Assembly (NCBI RefSeq): GCF_009914755.1
Contig: NC_060930.1
Origin: the human T2T-CHM13v2.0 reference genome, Homo sapiens
Length of the DNA stretch: 64,000 nt
Reading direction: 5' to 3' (one strand)
The notes beneath the pieces were generated by a model. The model was not told the DNA's origin. It searched no databases and saw only the letters and a program-made list of their open reading frames with translations. This document shows positions 27,513 to 42,150 of this stretch, in pieces. Both the position numbers and the translations under genes were made by a program. Each line of letters starts with the position of its first letter. Positions within the stretch are counted from its first letter, which is position 1.

Positions 27513-28507
27513 AATCCCTGTCTTCATGGACTATCCATTCCAGTGAGAAGAGGTGGACATAGACAGTATTTTTAATTTCTATCCCTTAGATAAAGAACTG
27601 CCCAAGGTGAAAGCTAATGAGGACAGAGCTGGAATTAGAGCCCAGGGCTAACTGACTAACATAGAGGTGTTTCCAAAAGATGATTTTGCCTCTGTACAGA
27701 AGAGCATGTTGTTTTCTTGGATCTTTCTCCTTCAATTCAAAATCTTGATCTGTCAGGAGAGCTGGGCCAACCCATCAGGTTGCAGGCAGGTGTCCATGGT
27801 GATGAAGGGATGGAAAAACTCACTCCTGACCTCCCTCTCAGGTTTTGGCCTCTCAGGCACCAAATTCCTAAGCACAGAACTGGGAAGTAAGATCCTCGGC
27901 GGCCCTTCCTACGGGACAGTCCTGCAGGTCCATCAGAGTATTTGATTGTTTAAACGAACATCTGTCTGGGGCAGAAACTGCAAATAGGATAGGAGAAGTT
28001 TGTTTGAATTTCCCTTTGGGACCTCAAAGCAGCAGGTGGAGAGAAGGAACTTTTAAAATTTCCATGTCAGCAGTGAGGAAAAGTGGAAGGAAGGAAGAGA
28101 AAAACAAAAGGAGGTCTCACAAAAGCATGTCAGAGTCAAAATCAGAAATAGATGTGAGAGTCTCTGGAATCATGTCCTTAGTTCTGGCTTCAAACAGAGA
28201 CCCTTCCTCTCTCTGCAGACCACTCTCCAGGAAAGTCAGCATAATAGGGTAGGTACATATAAACATTTTACTCCATAAGAATTCTTCTGTCAAAAAGACT
28301 TTCATCTTTGCATTTTGATTTTAGGGTTAAGAAGTCTGATGCTTTATTAAACTGGAAAACTCACCTGCCCAAAACCATTGCTTTCTTCAATGGTTCTGCA
28401 CTACTGAAATCACTCAGTACTTTCTGACAAACAACTTAAAATGAACCCATCCTATACTACTGTCTGACCTTTAAAGAATGTGTAGAAACCTTTTAAAGTA
28501 GTATCTG

Positions 28508-28801
28508 AGCTGGGCGCGGTGGCTCATGCCTGTAATCCCAACACTTTGGAAGGCTGAGGGGGGCTGATCACCTGAGGTCAGGAGTTCGAGACCAGCCTGG
28601 CCAACAAGGCGAAACCTGTCTCTACTAAAAATACAAAAAATTAACCAGGCTTGGTAGCACAGACCTGTAATCCCAGCTACTGGGGAGGCTGAGGCACAGG
28701 AGAATCACTTGAACCCAGCAAGCGGAGGTTGCAGTGAGCCGCGATCATGCCACTGCACTCCAGCCTGATCAAGAGTGAGACTCTGTCTCAAAAAAAAAAA
28801 A
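28508..28801 (+). mobile_element. AluSx-like
   Basis: Full dimer; tagtatctg on both sides. Confidence 0.95.
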
Positions 28802-29318
28802 TAGTATCTGTACTGTAAGAAAATTACCAATGAATGTTTATTACTCCCAGGCTAATATTCAATAGCAACTTTTCCCTAAATCTATTTTCTGACGTCCTGA
28901 AGGACTTCTACTAGAGCCAGGAAGTATCATTAGATTTCCATCATTGACACCCTAACAAATCTTAGAGACTAAGGAGTCACATTTGCAGCCTGCTGGCCAT
29001 CTCAAAAGCCTGTGCCTCTACTGAGGGAGTGGGAGAAAAAAGACCTCAGGACCAGAATTTAGTGAGATATTCTATAAACTCCAAATCCAACCATTTTCCA
29101 TCCATTCATTCAACATATATTTATTGAGCTCCTCATGAGTGCCAGCCACCATCTAGGCATTGGAGATAGAGTGGTGAACAAGCCAACTAAGTCTCTGCTT
29201 CCATGGAACTTGTACGTTCTAGGGAAGGAGAGAAATCAGTAAACAAATGCATGTGTAAGACAATAGTCATCGAAGAGAATTTTAGGCAGGGATAAATACT
29301 ACTAAGAAAACTAAGGCA

Positions 29319-30060
<742 letters not shown>

Positions 30061-31071
30061 AAGAAACTAAGGCAGAATGGGAGATAGTGATGATGGGTGG
30101 GTGGGGTTGCATTCCACAGAGCTGTCAGATAATGGGAGGAAGGAGCTAGACATGGAGGGTCTGGGAAAAGCATCCCAGGATGAGGAACCAACAGAGATCC
30201 TGTGTCGCAGGACCAGGTTTGGAGGCTGCTGGCACCATGAGGACGTGAGGGCTGTAAGCTGGCAGAGCTCTTAGAGTGAGCATGCTGAGAGCTGTAGGTC
30301 ATGGGTCGGAGCGTGGGTTCTATTCTACTGTGACAGGAAGTCATGCCGTGAGAGGATTTCCCCGCAGTGAAGTCAGGTGATTCGTGTCCTTAAATGCTGC
30401 CCGAGGACTTCTGAGTAGGTGGAGCCTAGGGAGGGAGAGCAGAGGCAAGGGGATCAGTCGAGCCCCGCTGGTGGGATGAGTCTGCCGGGACAAGGGGTGC
30501 TAGCTGTGGTCCTCGTCTGCCTTGTTCTCAGCTGTATCCTGGCCCCCAGATGAAGCCTGGCCACAGTGTACTTGGTAAATAGTGGTTGCAGGAATGACTG
30601 AAATCCTGGCCTGAGTGAGCTCACAACTTTCCATATGAGGCAAATAAGCAGATCTGTTGGTTATGACCCAGATACGTGGTGACCAGGGCAAACGTTTGTC
30701 AGAGGAGTGACGGGTGGGGGCTGGACTGTCTTCCCGGTACAGCTGTGGAGGAAAGCAGGCAGTGCAGCTGGGACATGCAGCCGCTGTCCCCTGGGGCTGG
30801 CGGAAGGGTGTGGAGTGACGGAGAGGGAGAGCTGCTGATCAGGGAGCTGGGCATCCCGTTGCAGCCTTACTGGGAAGCTTGCATCCCAGAGCCGACTTGC
30901 CTCACCTTTATTCAGGGATTCAGGCCCTTCCCCTCCCCCAAGGGCTTGCTTAATTCCCCTGGCTTCCTTGAGGCATACTCAGAAATTCCTTTCAGTTCCC
31001 CTTTCTGCTGGCTGTGCTTGAGGCAGGGATGGGCCAAATACCCTCCACGCCCTTGGTCCATCCAGAAGTAC

Positions 31072-31144
31072 TGAGTCAACAGCCCTTTCCCAGAATCTAC
31101 CTCCATCTCTTTCCACACCTGCAGCCGGACTGTTCCCAGGAATG
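31072..31144. promoter_or_regulatory. Candidate enhancer motif cluster (AP-1, STAT, TEAD)
   Basis: TGAGTCA 31072-31078, TTCCCAGAA 31087-31095, TTCCCAGGAA 31133-31142, GGAATG 31139-31144. Confidence 0.4.
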
Positions 31145-31414
31145 AGGTGGGGCAGGACCTGAGAGCAAAGTGTGAGCTGGTGTGCAGAACCACCCGGAGG
31201 TGGAAGGAAGCTAGAATCTAGTGTAGGGTGCCTCTGACACTTGTCCCACACATAGATCTCCCAGGGATGACTGTGTGGGTCCGAGGTGGGATGGAAAACT
31301 TGCATTTCTTACAGGCTGCTGGGGATGCTGGTGCTGAGGCTTCCGATCACCCTGGAGGCACGGCTCTGTATGAAGGCAGGGTGAGGTTGGCAGAGGAGAG
31401 ATAAATACAGTCAC

Positions 31415-31610
31415 AATTTACTGAGTGCCAGACACCGGGCTAAGGGCATTATGTGAATAATCTCTTTTAATCCTCACCAGCCCTGTGAGTTGGCACCATT
31501 ATTATGCCTATTTAACAGATGAGATTTAGAAAGACTGGTGAACTTGCTCAAGGTCACAGAGCTTGCAAGTGAGACTTGAACTCAATTGTCTGACTCCAGC
31601 AGTTGAACTA
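31415..31610 (-). mobile_element. MIR
   Basis: atttactgagtgccagacacc...tttaatcctcacc...gaacttgctcaaggtcacagagct. Confidence 0.8.
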
Positions 31611-33337
31611 TTAAGAGAAATTCCGAGAGGATAAATCTTGATCGTCTGACTATGATGTGTTGTAAGCAACAACTAGAGAAAAGATCAAGAAATGAAAAAA
31701 GATGCCCATACAGCCAACAAAGGGAAGGGTGTATATTGTATATGCAGCTATGACTGGACCCAGTAGAATTTCAGGATGCCTCAACTTCTGAACCAATCAA
31801 GATTAAAAATAGCTGTGACAAAAGAAAAAAGATAGCATGACACATTATCCTCTTTGCTTCGAATCTATCTAAAAATCTATATTTCAGGATAAAATTCCCT
31901 TCAGATTTAAAAATTTCTCTTTTATTTTTGTTGTTCTACCCCACCACATCCCAGGGCGTTTCGTTCAAAATATGTAGTAAGTTATTTCTCTAAATTGTCT
32001 TTGTTTTTTATGTATAAAGTATAATAGATAAGCACCTAGTATAAATTATTTCAGATTACTATACTACTGTACAAGGTAAACAGGAGATATGCTGAAATGC
32101 AGTTGTGGAGTTACGGCCTGACTTGGTATGAATAGCCTTTAGGTGTTGGACAGGGAAAAAAATGTTGGACAGAATTCTCCTTGCTGGACATCGTGCACAT
32201 TGAAAATTAAAATACGTCGTGGAATTTAAGTATTTATAATCAGCACAACTCAAGTAAAAGCAACAATCTGGTTTAAATCCTTCACAAAAGGAAACTCAAC
32301 GTTGGAGCATCTGAAGGGCGTACTAGCCCAACTGTTTTCTTTCCTAGGGAGAAAGTCCCTTGAATGTTACACAGGCTTAAAGCATGACCTTGCATTTTCA
32401 TCCCTTGGCTTCCTCATTTTTGTAGATTTCAAATCAGACCCGAAAGACCGTCTCACGTGGTTAAATAATGTAGTGTCTGGGTTAATGACTCCAAAATGCA
32501 AAATGAGACCGGAGAGAGAACAGACTGTTTCTCCTATAGGCTGCCCTAACTCTCAGCCTCTGGGTCCTCCAGGCGCCCCATAAACATAATCTTGTGCGCT
32601 TCTGCTCATCACACCTTGTATGAGTACTCCACGGGTTTATTATACACGCAGGCTCTTGGTGGGGAGACAACAGTGAAACTGATAGATTGTAATTCACGTT
32701 CCAGTGAATCCTATGCAGGAGGGGAGGAGTCTGACCACAATAATGAGGCGTTCTTTGTCTTAGTTTTGCTTTTTTAACAAGTTTCCTAAACCTTGGTGAG
32801 CTCCATGCTCAAAGGAGTTCAGGGGCATTCTATTCAGGAAATTCTGTTTTTCCTTATAAAATTGGAATTAAAATGCTCTCATCTGCACTTGCTCCCCCAG
32901 GCCTTGGAGACTTGGTCCTGGGGACTCCCATGTGTGCAGACCTTGCATTGTCACCCGTGGTGCTTTTTCTCAGCTCCTCCTCTGAGTGGCAGAAGGAACG
33001 CTAAAACTCAGATTTCCTGCTTCCACTGCAGGCCTTTCTTCAGATGCTGAATGCCTTTCTACGTTCACTCCGGAATTATTAATATCGGACTGACACCCCC
33101 CTGCTTCCATCCTCAATTCCTGTACATATATGCCTGATGTCATCTAATGTTTTCCCTTTGGGGGAAAACAAATTCCAGCTTTCCAACAGAAAGCCCTAGA
33201 TTTATCAACTCTTCAAGGCTCTCTGTATACAGCATTTTGAATCTAGACAAAATACATAAAGAGTTGATACCTTAGTTTCCAAGAAAATTATGAAAGCAAG
33301 CCCTGCTGTTTATGATTATGGGCTCTAAATGTGTAGC

Positions 33338-33656
33338 CCGGCCCTGTCCAATAGAAATATAATACAAGTCATGCACAGGATTTTAAATTTTCTAGTAGCC
33401 ATGTTCTAAGAAAAGTAACAGATAAAATTAATATCAACAATATATTTTATTTACCTCAGTGTAACCAAAATAGCATTTGAACATATAGTTAATAGTAAAA
33501 CAATTGTTAATGGGCAATTTTGCATTCCTTTTCACTCTAAATCCTCAAAATCCAGTGTGTTTGTTACAATGACAGCGTATCTTGATTATGACAAGGCACA
33601 TTTCAGGTGCTTGAGAGCCCGGCATGGCCAGTGGCTGCAGTGTTGGACAGAACTGG
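33338..33656. mobile_element. MER33-like hAT-Charlie MITE
   Basis: ctgtccaatagaaatataat...aaattttctagtagcca...catggccagtggctgcagtgttggacag. Confidence 0.85.
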
Positions 33657-33924
33657 GGTGGCCACTCACGTAATAGCTGGAAAAATCTTCGGTGAGTGCT
33701 TTAACTTCTCTACCCCTTCCATGTTTTCCTTCTTAAAGATAGGCCACTGGCTCCGCCTGTCTCTGGATAGCCTACCTATTACACATTCAATAGAAGGAAG
33801 GCAAGGAGGGAGGGAGGGAGGGAGGGAAGGAAGGAAGGAAGGGATTAATTTTCTTTTTATGCCTCTTAAGTCATCCCATCTAAAAATATTAAGTATAAAG
33901 TCTGTCAACATTAACATGTATTTT

Positions 33925-34094
33925 TTAACCAGGCAAGGCAGCGTGCACCTGTAGTCCCAGCTACTCAGGAGGCTGTGGCAGGAGGATTGCTTGAGCCCAG
34001 GAGTTGGAGGCTGCAGTGAGCTATGCTCACACCACTGCACTCTAGCCTGGGCTAGACAGCGAGACTCTGTCTCTTTAAATAATAATAATAATAA
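33925..34094 (+). mobile_element. FRAM / Alu right arm with (AAT)n tail
   Basis: Single arm; taacatgta followed by a T-run and aacc occurs on both sides (TSD). Confidence 0.9.
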
Positions 34095-34108
34095 CATGTA
34101 CTTTTTTA

Positions 34109-34568
<460 letters not shown>

Positions 34569-34734
34569 GTAAATGTCACCAAGCACCCACATGCAGCCGA
34601 AGCTAAGTTGGTTGTTCAGTAACATTTGAGACAGAGGCCCAAACTCCACAAACTCCACAAGGCGCTGATCCAGCCCCATGCCTTTGAGCAAGAGCAGGAA
34701 CAGGAAGGGATTCCCCTGCAGACACAGTCCTGGG

Positions 34735-34837
34735 GCGGCTGCCACTCACACATGCAGCACTGGGTCACTTTGTCTCCTTCATCGCTGCGGCTGCCACTCA
34801 CACATGCAGCACTGGGTCACTTTATCTCCTTCATCAC
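34735..34837. repeat. Tandem duplication, 52-bp unit x2
   Basis: gcggctgccactcacacatgcagcactgggtcacttt(g/a)tctccttcatc at 34735 and 34787. Confidence 0.95.
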
Positions 34838-35067
34838 GGGTGGGCCCAGCCCTGGTCAGCGGGGCCCCCTGCCCCAACGCCACAAGTCTGAGCCCCTATC
34901 TACTTTCTGGGGATATTCTCACCTCCCTCCTTCCCAGCCTTGCCTCAACTCTAGCTCCCACCTCCAGGACTATTTCCCCAGCACAAGAGCCCTGCTGTTT
35001 AAATCATCAACTGAAGCCTCGTGCACTGCTTCCCTGAGTGGTGTGGGCTAGGGAGTCCTTCCAGGAT

Positions 35068-35100
<33 letters not shown>

Positions 35101-35889
35101 AATATAATGATGTCCTGATCCCATCCTAATGGCTGAGCTGGACGATTGCTCCGCTGAACACATGGTTCTTACCTAGGTTCTTACTCACCTTCATTTGCAT
35201 GGGACTTTGAGCTCAGCCCAGATAATCTGCTGCCTCCATCACTGAAACCATCCAGATCCTTTTCAGTCTGGAGAGCTGCTACCACCTCTCTACAATTAGC
35301 AATAGGAGCAGAATGAGGAGGACAAGGCTCACAGAGTCCCACCCAAACGATCCAGACACAACCCAGGGTGATTCCAGGTCATTCATTCATTCATTCATTC
35401 TAATCTGCTCTCACGGAGCTTCCAATGTAGAAGTGCTCACAGAGAAGTGAACAATCACTTAAATGAAGCAACGTAAATGCCAAGCTGGGGGAAATTTTCA
35501 CTGACCTTTGCTATCCAACTTTGTGAGCAGTGAGGATGATGGTACATTTTGAGGTAATTCACTCATTCCCTCAGTAGCAATGTGTCAGACAATAAAGATA
35601 AACAAGTAAAATATTATAGAATGTTAGAAATAAGTACCAAGGGGTGAGTAAATCGGAGAAGGGGTATAGGAATTTGCTATCTAAAGGTAAATTCTCAAAG
35701 ACACTCTTCTTTTTTCATAGTAATAATTATAAAATACAGTTTGAGCAAACAGAGCCCGCCTGTAAAAGTGCTTCTTATCTTGGTGGGTGTGTGCAGTCAG
35801 AGAGGGGTGGCTCCGATAAAATTCTGTAAACTGGGCCCCAACTTCCTCATCTGTGAAATGGGTGCAAGTAGGGAGGACTAACTCACTAA

Positions 35890-36313
35890 GTCCATTAGCC
35901 CAGGTCTTCTAAGAAGCAGACTCAGAGGGTAGATTGAACCTGCAAGAGATGTCTTTAGGGAAAAAGTTGTAAGAGAAAGTGAAGAGGGAACTAGAGGAGG
36001 TTGGGAGAGCCAGGAGACCAGGCAGCAGCCTGGTGGCCTCGTGCAGGAGAGGGAAGGGAGGAAGGTTGGGTAGGAAGAGTCTGACGCTGCAGTACAGTTT
36101 CAGCCAAGCTGATGGAGAGCCAAAGTTGCGGGCTCTAGGGAACAGGCCTGCCTCAGTATCCCTGCTGTACTCTTCCCTGGCTGGGAGCAGCCTGTGGGAA
36201 GCCTGGCCTCACACACGCAGAGTTCCAGGGTAGATTTCAGAGCATGGTAGCCAGGGCACGTCAGCTGGAGAAGTGACAGGCACATTTTTCTTGGCACCAC
36301 GGTCCTCTCCTTG
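35890..36313 (-). mobile_element. ERVL-class LTR (LTR16/LTR67-like)
   Basis: attagcccaggtcttctaagaagcagactc...tgcaagagat resembles a reverse ERVL LTR end; adjacent to ERVL internal sequence. Confidence 0.6.
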
Positions 36314-36318
36314 TGCCA

Positions 36319-36703
36319 TATATTAGTCTGCTAGGGCTGCCATAACAAAGTTCCACAGCCTGGGTGCCTTCAACACCAGAACTTCATTTTCTCACAGTTC
36401 CAGGGGCTGGAAGTCCAAGATCCAGGTGTCACAGGGTTGGTTTCCTCTGAGGCCTCTGTTCTTGGCATACAGATGCCACCTTCTCCCTGTGTTTTCACAT
36501 GGTCTTCTTTCTGTGTGTGTCTGTGTCCTCACCTCCTCTTCCTATAAGGATACCAGTCCTATAGGAGTAGGGCCCCCCCAATGACATCTTTTCACCTTAG
36601 GCCCCTTCTTTACAGGCTGTGCCTCCGAATACGGTCACATTCTGAGGTGCTTGGGTTAGGATTTCAACATGTGAATTTTGGGGGCACAGTTCAATCCATA
36701 ACA
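36319..36703 (-). mobile_element. MLT1A/B-type solo MaLR LTR with 5-bp TSD
   Basis: tattagtctgctagggctgccataacaaag...ttcaatccataaca; TSD tgcca at 36314-36318 and 36704-36708. Confidence 0.92.
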
Positions 36704-36709
36704 TGCCAC

Positions 36710-37590
36710 GTAACTGCTTCTCTCCACAGTTGCAAGTTGCAGCCCCCGTGGTCCCATGTATCCCTCTTCCCTAAAGAAAACTCAGAAGAAGAAAGTAAGA
36801 CAAATTACAGCCCCCAAACTGTGGTTGATCTTGGGGCCAAACCCATATCTGTCGTCTCCCTCCTCCACTCTCCGGTTTGAGTTCCCTTCACCCTCAGCTC
36901 TCACCCTGGCAGGTCCTGGTTGTTTACCTGGTAGTGTGACCTTATCCTCATTCATGCAAGGTCCTGATACCCTTCTTATTCTGGGGTTGCAAGGAGTGTC
37001 TAGTCATAGTTGCTATGAGGCAGAAGGTCCCAAGAAGCACCCAAGTGGATCCCTGGGTCCCACATGAATCTCTCCTTCCCGTTGTTTAAAAGGAGCCCTT
37101 CCTCCTCCTTCCAGTCAGGGTGGCTAACACTTGCCCGTTGGTGACTCTTCTCACTCACTGATCCCGGACACAAATCCAAGGTGTCCTCGTGGCAGCCATA
37201 ACTTACAGTTCCTCACTATCACCAGGACTTCTAACCCCATAGAGAGCTCATAATTGTGAGAACCAGGAACACAGAATCTCCCAGTGAGTCACCAGGAGGG
37301 ATGGTAAGGCATTCCTGTTTCTACTCCTTCAGCCCTGGATCTGTGTTTCAGGGTCCCGGGTTTTGCCCATCAGAGCCCTTAACTTCACAGGAACTGAGCT
37401 TCCCAATGACTCTGGAGCTCAGTGACTCTAATAATCAGATTGTCAGTCTGCCCCTCAGCTGTGTCTGCTGTTCCGCTGCAGGAGATCCTTGACTGGGAGC
37501 AGCCAGTGAGAAGCACGACCTCCACACAGTCATGGTGACAGATTCCACCATGCGGTGGCAAGGACTGTCCCATCAGCCACACTCCTTCCC
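36710..37590 (-). pseudogene. ERVL (ERV3-16A3-like) internal pol 3' remnant
   Basis: Minus-strand peptides MGLEVLVIVRNCKLWLPRGHLGF, RDPLGCFL and KVTLPGKQPGPARVRAEGEGN..VEEG resemble the ERVL pol C-terminal (dUTPase-like) region; frameshifted. Confidence 0.75.
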
Positions 37591-37858
37591 CATTGAAGAT
37601 CTAAAATCATGGTTGCCATGCACAGAGTCTGTGATCGTTCACTCATTATTGTCTCTATAGCATTTAAGGATGTCTGGGAACATGTTTTGGAGTTAAAAGA
37701 CTTATTGACATTTTAAGACTTATTGACTACATTTTTCTCTTCTATACTATACTGAAAGCTACTGCATTATACGTTACTTTTCTGAGCATCGGTTTCCTCA
37801 TCTATAGTGCTTACTCATCAGGTCAGTGTGAGACTGAAGGAAATGGTGCATGACTTTT

Positions 37859-38228
37859 TGTTATGGACTGAATGTGTGTGTCTCCCCAAGATTCCCCCAA
37901 ATTGAAACCCTAACCCTCAGCTTGATGGTATTTGGAGGTGGGGCCTTTGGGAGGTTATTAGGTCATGAGAGCAGAGCCTTCATGAATGGAATTAGTGCCC
38001 TTATGAAAAAGCAATTCTAGAGCTTGCTCCTGACCTCTGCTCTCTTGGCCATATGAAGATACAATGAAGATGGCTATTTGCGCACCAGGAAGTGGGCCCT
38101 CCCCGGATACCAGGTCTGCCAGCACTTTGATCTTGGGCTTGCCAGCCTTCAGAATGGTGAGAAATAAATGTTTGTTGCTTAAATCACTCGGACTGTGCTA
38201 TTCTGTTACAGAAGGCTGAGCTAAGCCT
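37859..38228 (+). mobile_element. MLT1A/MSTD-type solo LTR
   Basis: tgttatggactgaatgtg...ggaggtggggcctttgggagg...gagaaataaatgtttgttg. Confidence 0.9.
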
Positions 38229-38259
38229 GAGCTAGACTTTTTTTTTTAAAGTTAGTTTA

Positions 38260-38560
38260 CAAACTTGTGGAATGGGTCAAAATGATTCTAAAATTCATAC
38301 AAAAGAATAGATTTTCAACAATTGCCCAGAAGTTTTATAAAAAGATTAGTATGCAATAAGATCTTTGCCCTGTTGTATATTAAAATGCACTGTAAAGCTG
38401 TTACAACCAAAACAATATGGTTCTCGCATAGTAAATGTAAGTGGATTAATGTAATAAAATAACCCCAAATAACTCAAGTATATGTAAGAATTTAATATAG
38501 AATAAGGTTCTATTTTGGTTCAGTGGGGAAAGGATAAACAACTCAATAAATAGGAATAAC
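38260..38560 (+). mobile_element. Ancient L1 ORF2 fragment
   Basis: aaaatgattctaaaattcatac...taaagctgttacaaccaaaacaatatggttc. Confidence 0.65.
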
Positions 38561-39596
38561 TTAGGGGAAGATTAGAACCCTAGTTCATTCCATCTATCTC
38601 TAGGCAAGCTTGCAACACAGTAGGTAATAGGGCCAGGACTCAGGTGAAACAGGAGAGGAAGGCCTCCAGGGCAAAATGTGAGAAGGCATTCATTTTCAGG
38701 GTTGTGCAAGTGTCCTAGGTGTGCCTGAGATGCTCATCCGCCTTATCCTAGCCCTAGTCCTGGTAGGCAAAGGTACCTCTCAGAGGAGGTGCTTGGAAAC
38801 AACCTACATGCCCGTCATTAGGGAAATGAAAGAGTAAATTATAGTGAATATATGTCATGGACTGCCCAGGCTATTAAAAGGGACGAAGCTGGCATGAAAA
38901 TGTGTCCATAACGTATTAAGTGAAAAACGGAAGTTGCAGACCAATGTCCATCATGACTTATGCTACACACATGTGTGTGCCTGGCATACAGTTTCCTGAG
39001 AGAGGTGGAGAACACCCAACAGATAGTTAATCATGGCCCCTTTTAGGGAGTGGGCCGGGATGAGAAGAGAGAGATTTTTTTCTTTATTCTATAACTTTGT
39101 TAGCGGGTGAAATATCGAATCATGTGCCCTTTTTGCTTTTGATTGTGTGGAATTTTTCAGGGGTAAAAAGCTGGTGGCAAATTCCTCTCAAAGAAACTAC
39201 CCAGTTTAGCAACGCATCAGATATGTTGGTTGTGCTAAGGCTGCTGCGGTAAGGGTGAGATGGGGGAGCCACCAAGTTCTGCGTGACAGAATGGGAAGAA
39301 TTGTGAGTCCTTGGGCATGGGTCAAGGGTCCAGAAATGAATGACAGTGGAGGGGGAGAGGGGACCAGCACAGGGAAGGAGGCCACGCTTCTGAAGAGGAA
39401 AGCTGGCCAGCGAGACAAGTCCCCGTGTCTGCAATGGCAAGAAACTTGCAAGAAATGAGCACTTCCTTTTAAGTTGTCCCTGTGCTGCATGGGAGTGACT
39501 CTCCCCAGCCACTCCCACTGGCAGCCCCAAATCATTTGGCAAATCTACCACATGCGACTGTCTTTGGGGACAAGACAAAAAATTGGACTCTGTTGA

Positions 39597-39960
<364 letters not shown>

Positions 39961-40019
39961 CAGAATTTTTTTTTTAATGTAGCAAGAAGTAACCAGAAGT
40001 AGCTAAAATAAAATAAAAA

Positions 40020-41165
40020 TTAAAAAATTAGAAAAAAGACAGATAATAGCAAGTGTTTGCCAGGATATGGAGGAATTGGAACCCTTGTTCATTGCTGGTG
40101 GGAGTACAGAATGGTGTAGATGCTTTAAAAATCAGTCTGGTTGTTCCTCAACAGGTTAAATCATATGACCCAGCAATTCCAATCCTAGGTATATCTAAAA
40201 TAAATAAAAACATACTCCACACAAAAACTTACACATAAATATTCAGAATGGCTTTATTCATTCATAAGAGTCAAAAAGTGAAAACAACCCAAGTGTTTAT
40301 CAACTGCTGAATGGATAAATAAAATGTGCTATATCTATATAATGAACTACATTTGGCAAAAAGAAAAAAAAAGAAAAAGAAAAAAAGTAATGATGTTTGG
40401 AGACATGTCATAACATGGATGAACGTTGAAAACATTAAGTGAAAGAAACCAGCCACAAAAGACTACATAGTGTATGATTCCATTCACATGAAGTGTCCAG
40501 AATAGGCAAATCCACAGAGACAGAAAGTAATTAGTGGTTGCTGGGGCTGGGGGAGGAGGGAACAGGAGTGGCTGCTCATAGGCATGGGATCTCTTTTCTT
40601 TTTAAAGACTGTTTTTTAGAGCAGTTTTTGGCTCACAGAGAAACTGAGAGGAAGGTACAGAGATATCCGCTGTCCCCCACCCCACACAGCCTTCCCCATA
40701 ATCCACATCCCCCACCACAGTGGTCCATTTGTTAGAATAGATGGACCTACATTGCTAATCATCAGCACCAAAGTTCATCGTTGACATCAGGGTTTACTCT
40801 TGGTGCAGTTCATTCTATGGGCTCTGACGTGTGTGTCATGACATGGATCCAGCACCGTGATGTCATGCACAGCAGTTTCACCCCCTTAAAAAGCCCTGTA
40901 CTGTGTGTAGTCATGCCTCCCTCCAGCCAACCCCCGGCAACCACCACCAACCTTTACGCTCTGCATAGTTTTGCCTTTTCCAGAATGCCATATAATTGAA
41001 ATCATACTGGAATTTCTTTTTAGGGTGATGAAGATGCTCTAAAGTCAATTGTGATAGTTACACAGCTCCGTGGCTATGCTAATAACCCATTGAATTATAT
41101 ACTTGAAGCTGGGGCATTGGATGGTATGTGAATTATATCTCAATGAAGCTGTTAAAAATAAATAA
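40020..41165 (+). mobile_element. L1MB-type 3' end interrupted by an antisense L1MC/MD fragment (~40600-41010)
   Basis: ggaacccttgttcattgctggtggga...aataggcaaatccacagagacagaaagt, then insert, then tagggtgatgaagatg...gaattatatctcaat. Confidence 0.85.
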
Positions 41166-41537
41166 ATCACAAGAAGACATGTAAGCCCTACCCCATCCCA
41201 ATATTCTATGTAAATTGTAGACAGTGCACCCAGGGAAGGTGTTCCCACCCACCAGGGAAGTAATTAATACTTAAATATTCAAGTGGAGTGTGTCCTGTGG
41301 GCTACAAAACTTTGGCCACCAGGCTGCTGACATCAGAAACGTGCCTGATGTGTTCAGCCCAGGGCCTGAGATGCAGTGAGGACTCGATAGATATTAACTC
41401 TGTTAAACTCTTGTTATAACTGAATCCGTGCCACCCAGAATCATCTTCCCTCTATCTTTCTAGCTCCTTTGACCATAACACATGCATGCAGAGGCCCACA
41501 CTATGGAAGTCTGTGAATAGAATTTTAACTCTATTAA

Positions 41538-41868
<331 letters not shown>

Positions 41869-41976
41869 AATGTTAAAGGAGTTTTCAAACTGTCAGGGAC
41901 ATCTCATCTGATGGTGGGTGGGGAATGGGCAGGGCACCTTCTCTTTCTCCAGCAGAAATCAGGATAGCTGTAAAGA

Positions 41977-42150
41977 AGAGTTTCTCGACCTCGGCCTAGA
42001 AGATTCTTTATGGTGGGGGCTGTCCTGGGTACTGTGGGTACTAGCATCCCTAGTCTTACCCACTAGATGCAACCCTCCCCCTGCTGTGATAACCAAAGTG
42101 GTCATGACCAAATATGTCTCCAGACATTGTTCAATATCCCCTGAGGGGAG
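41977..42150. mobile_element. MER20
   Basis: ggggctgtcctggg...cccactagatgc...atgtctccagacattg. Confidence 0.85.
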
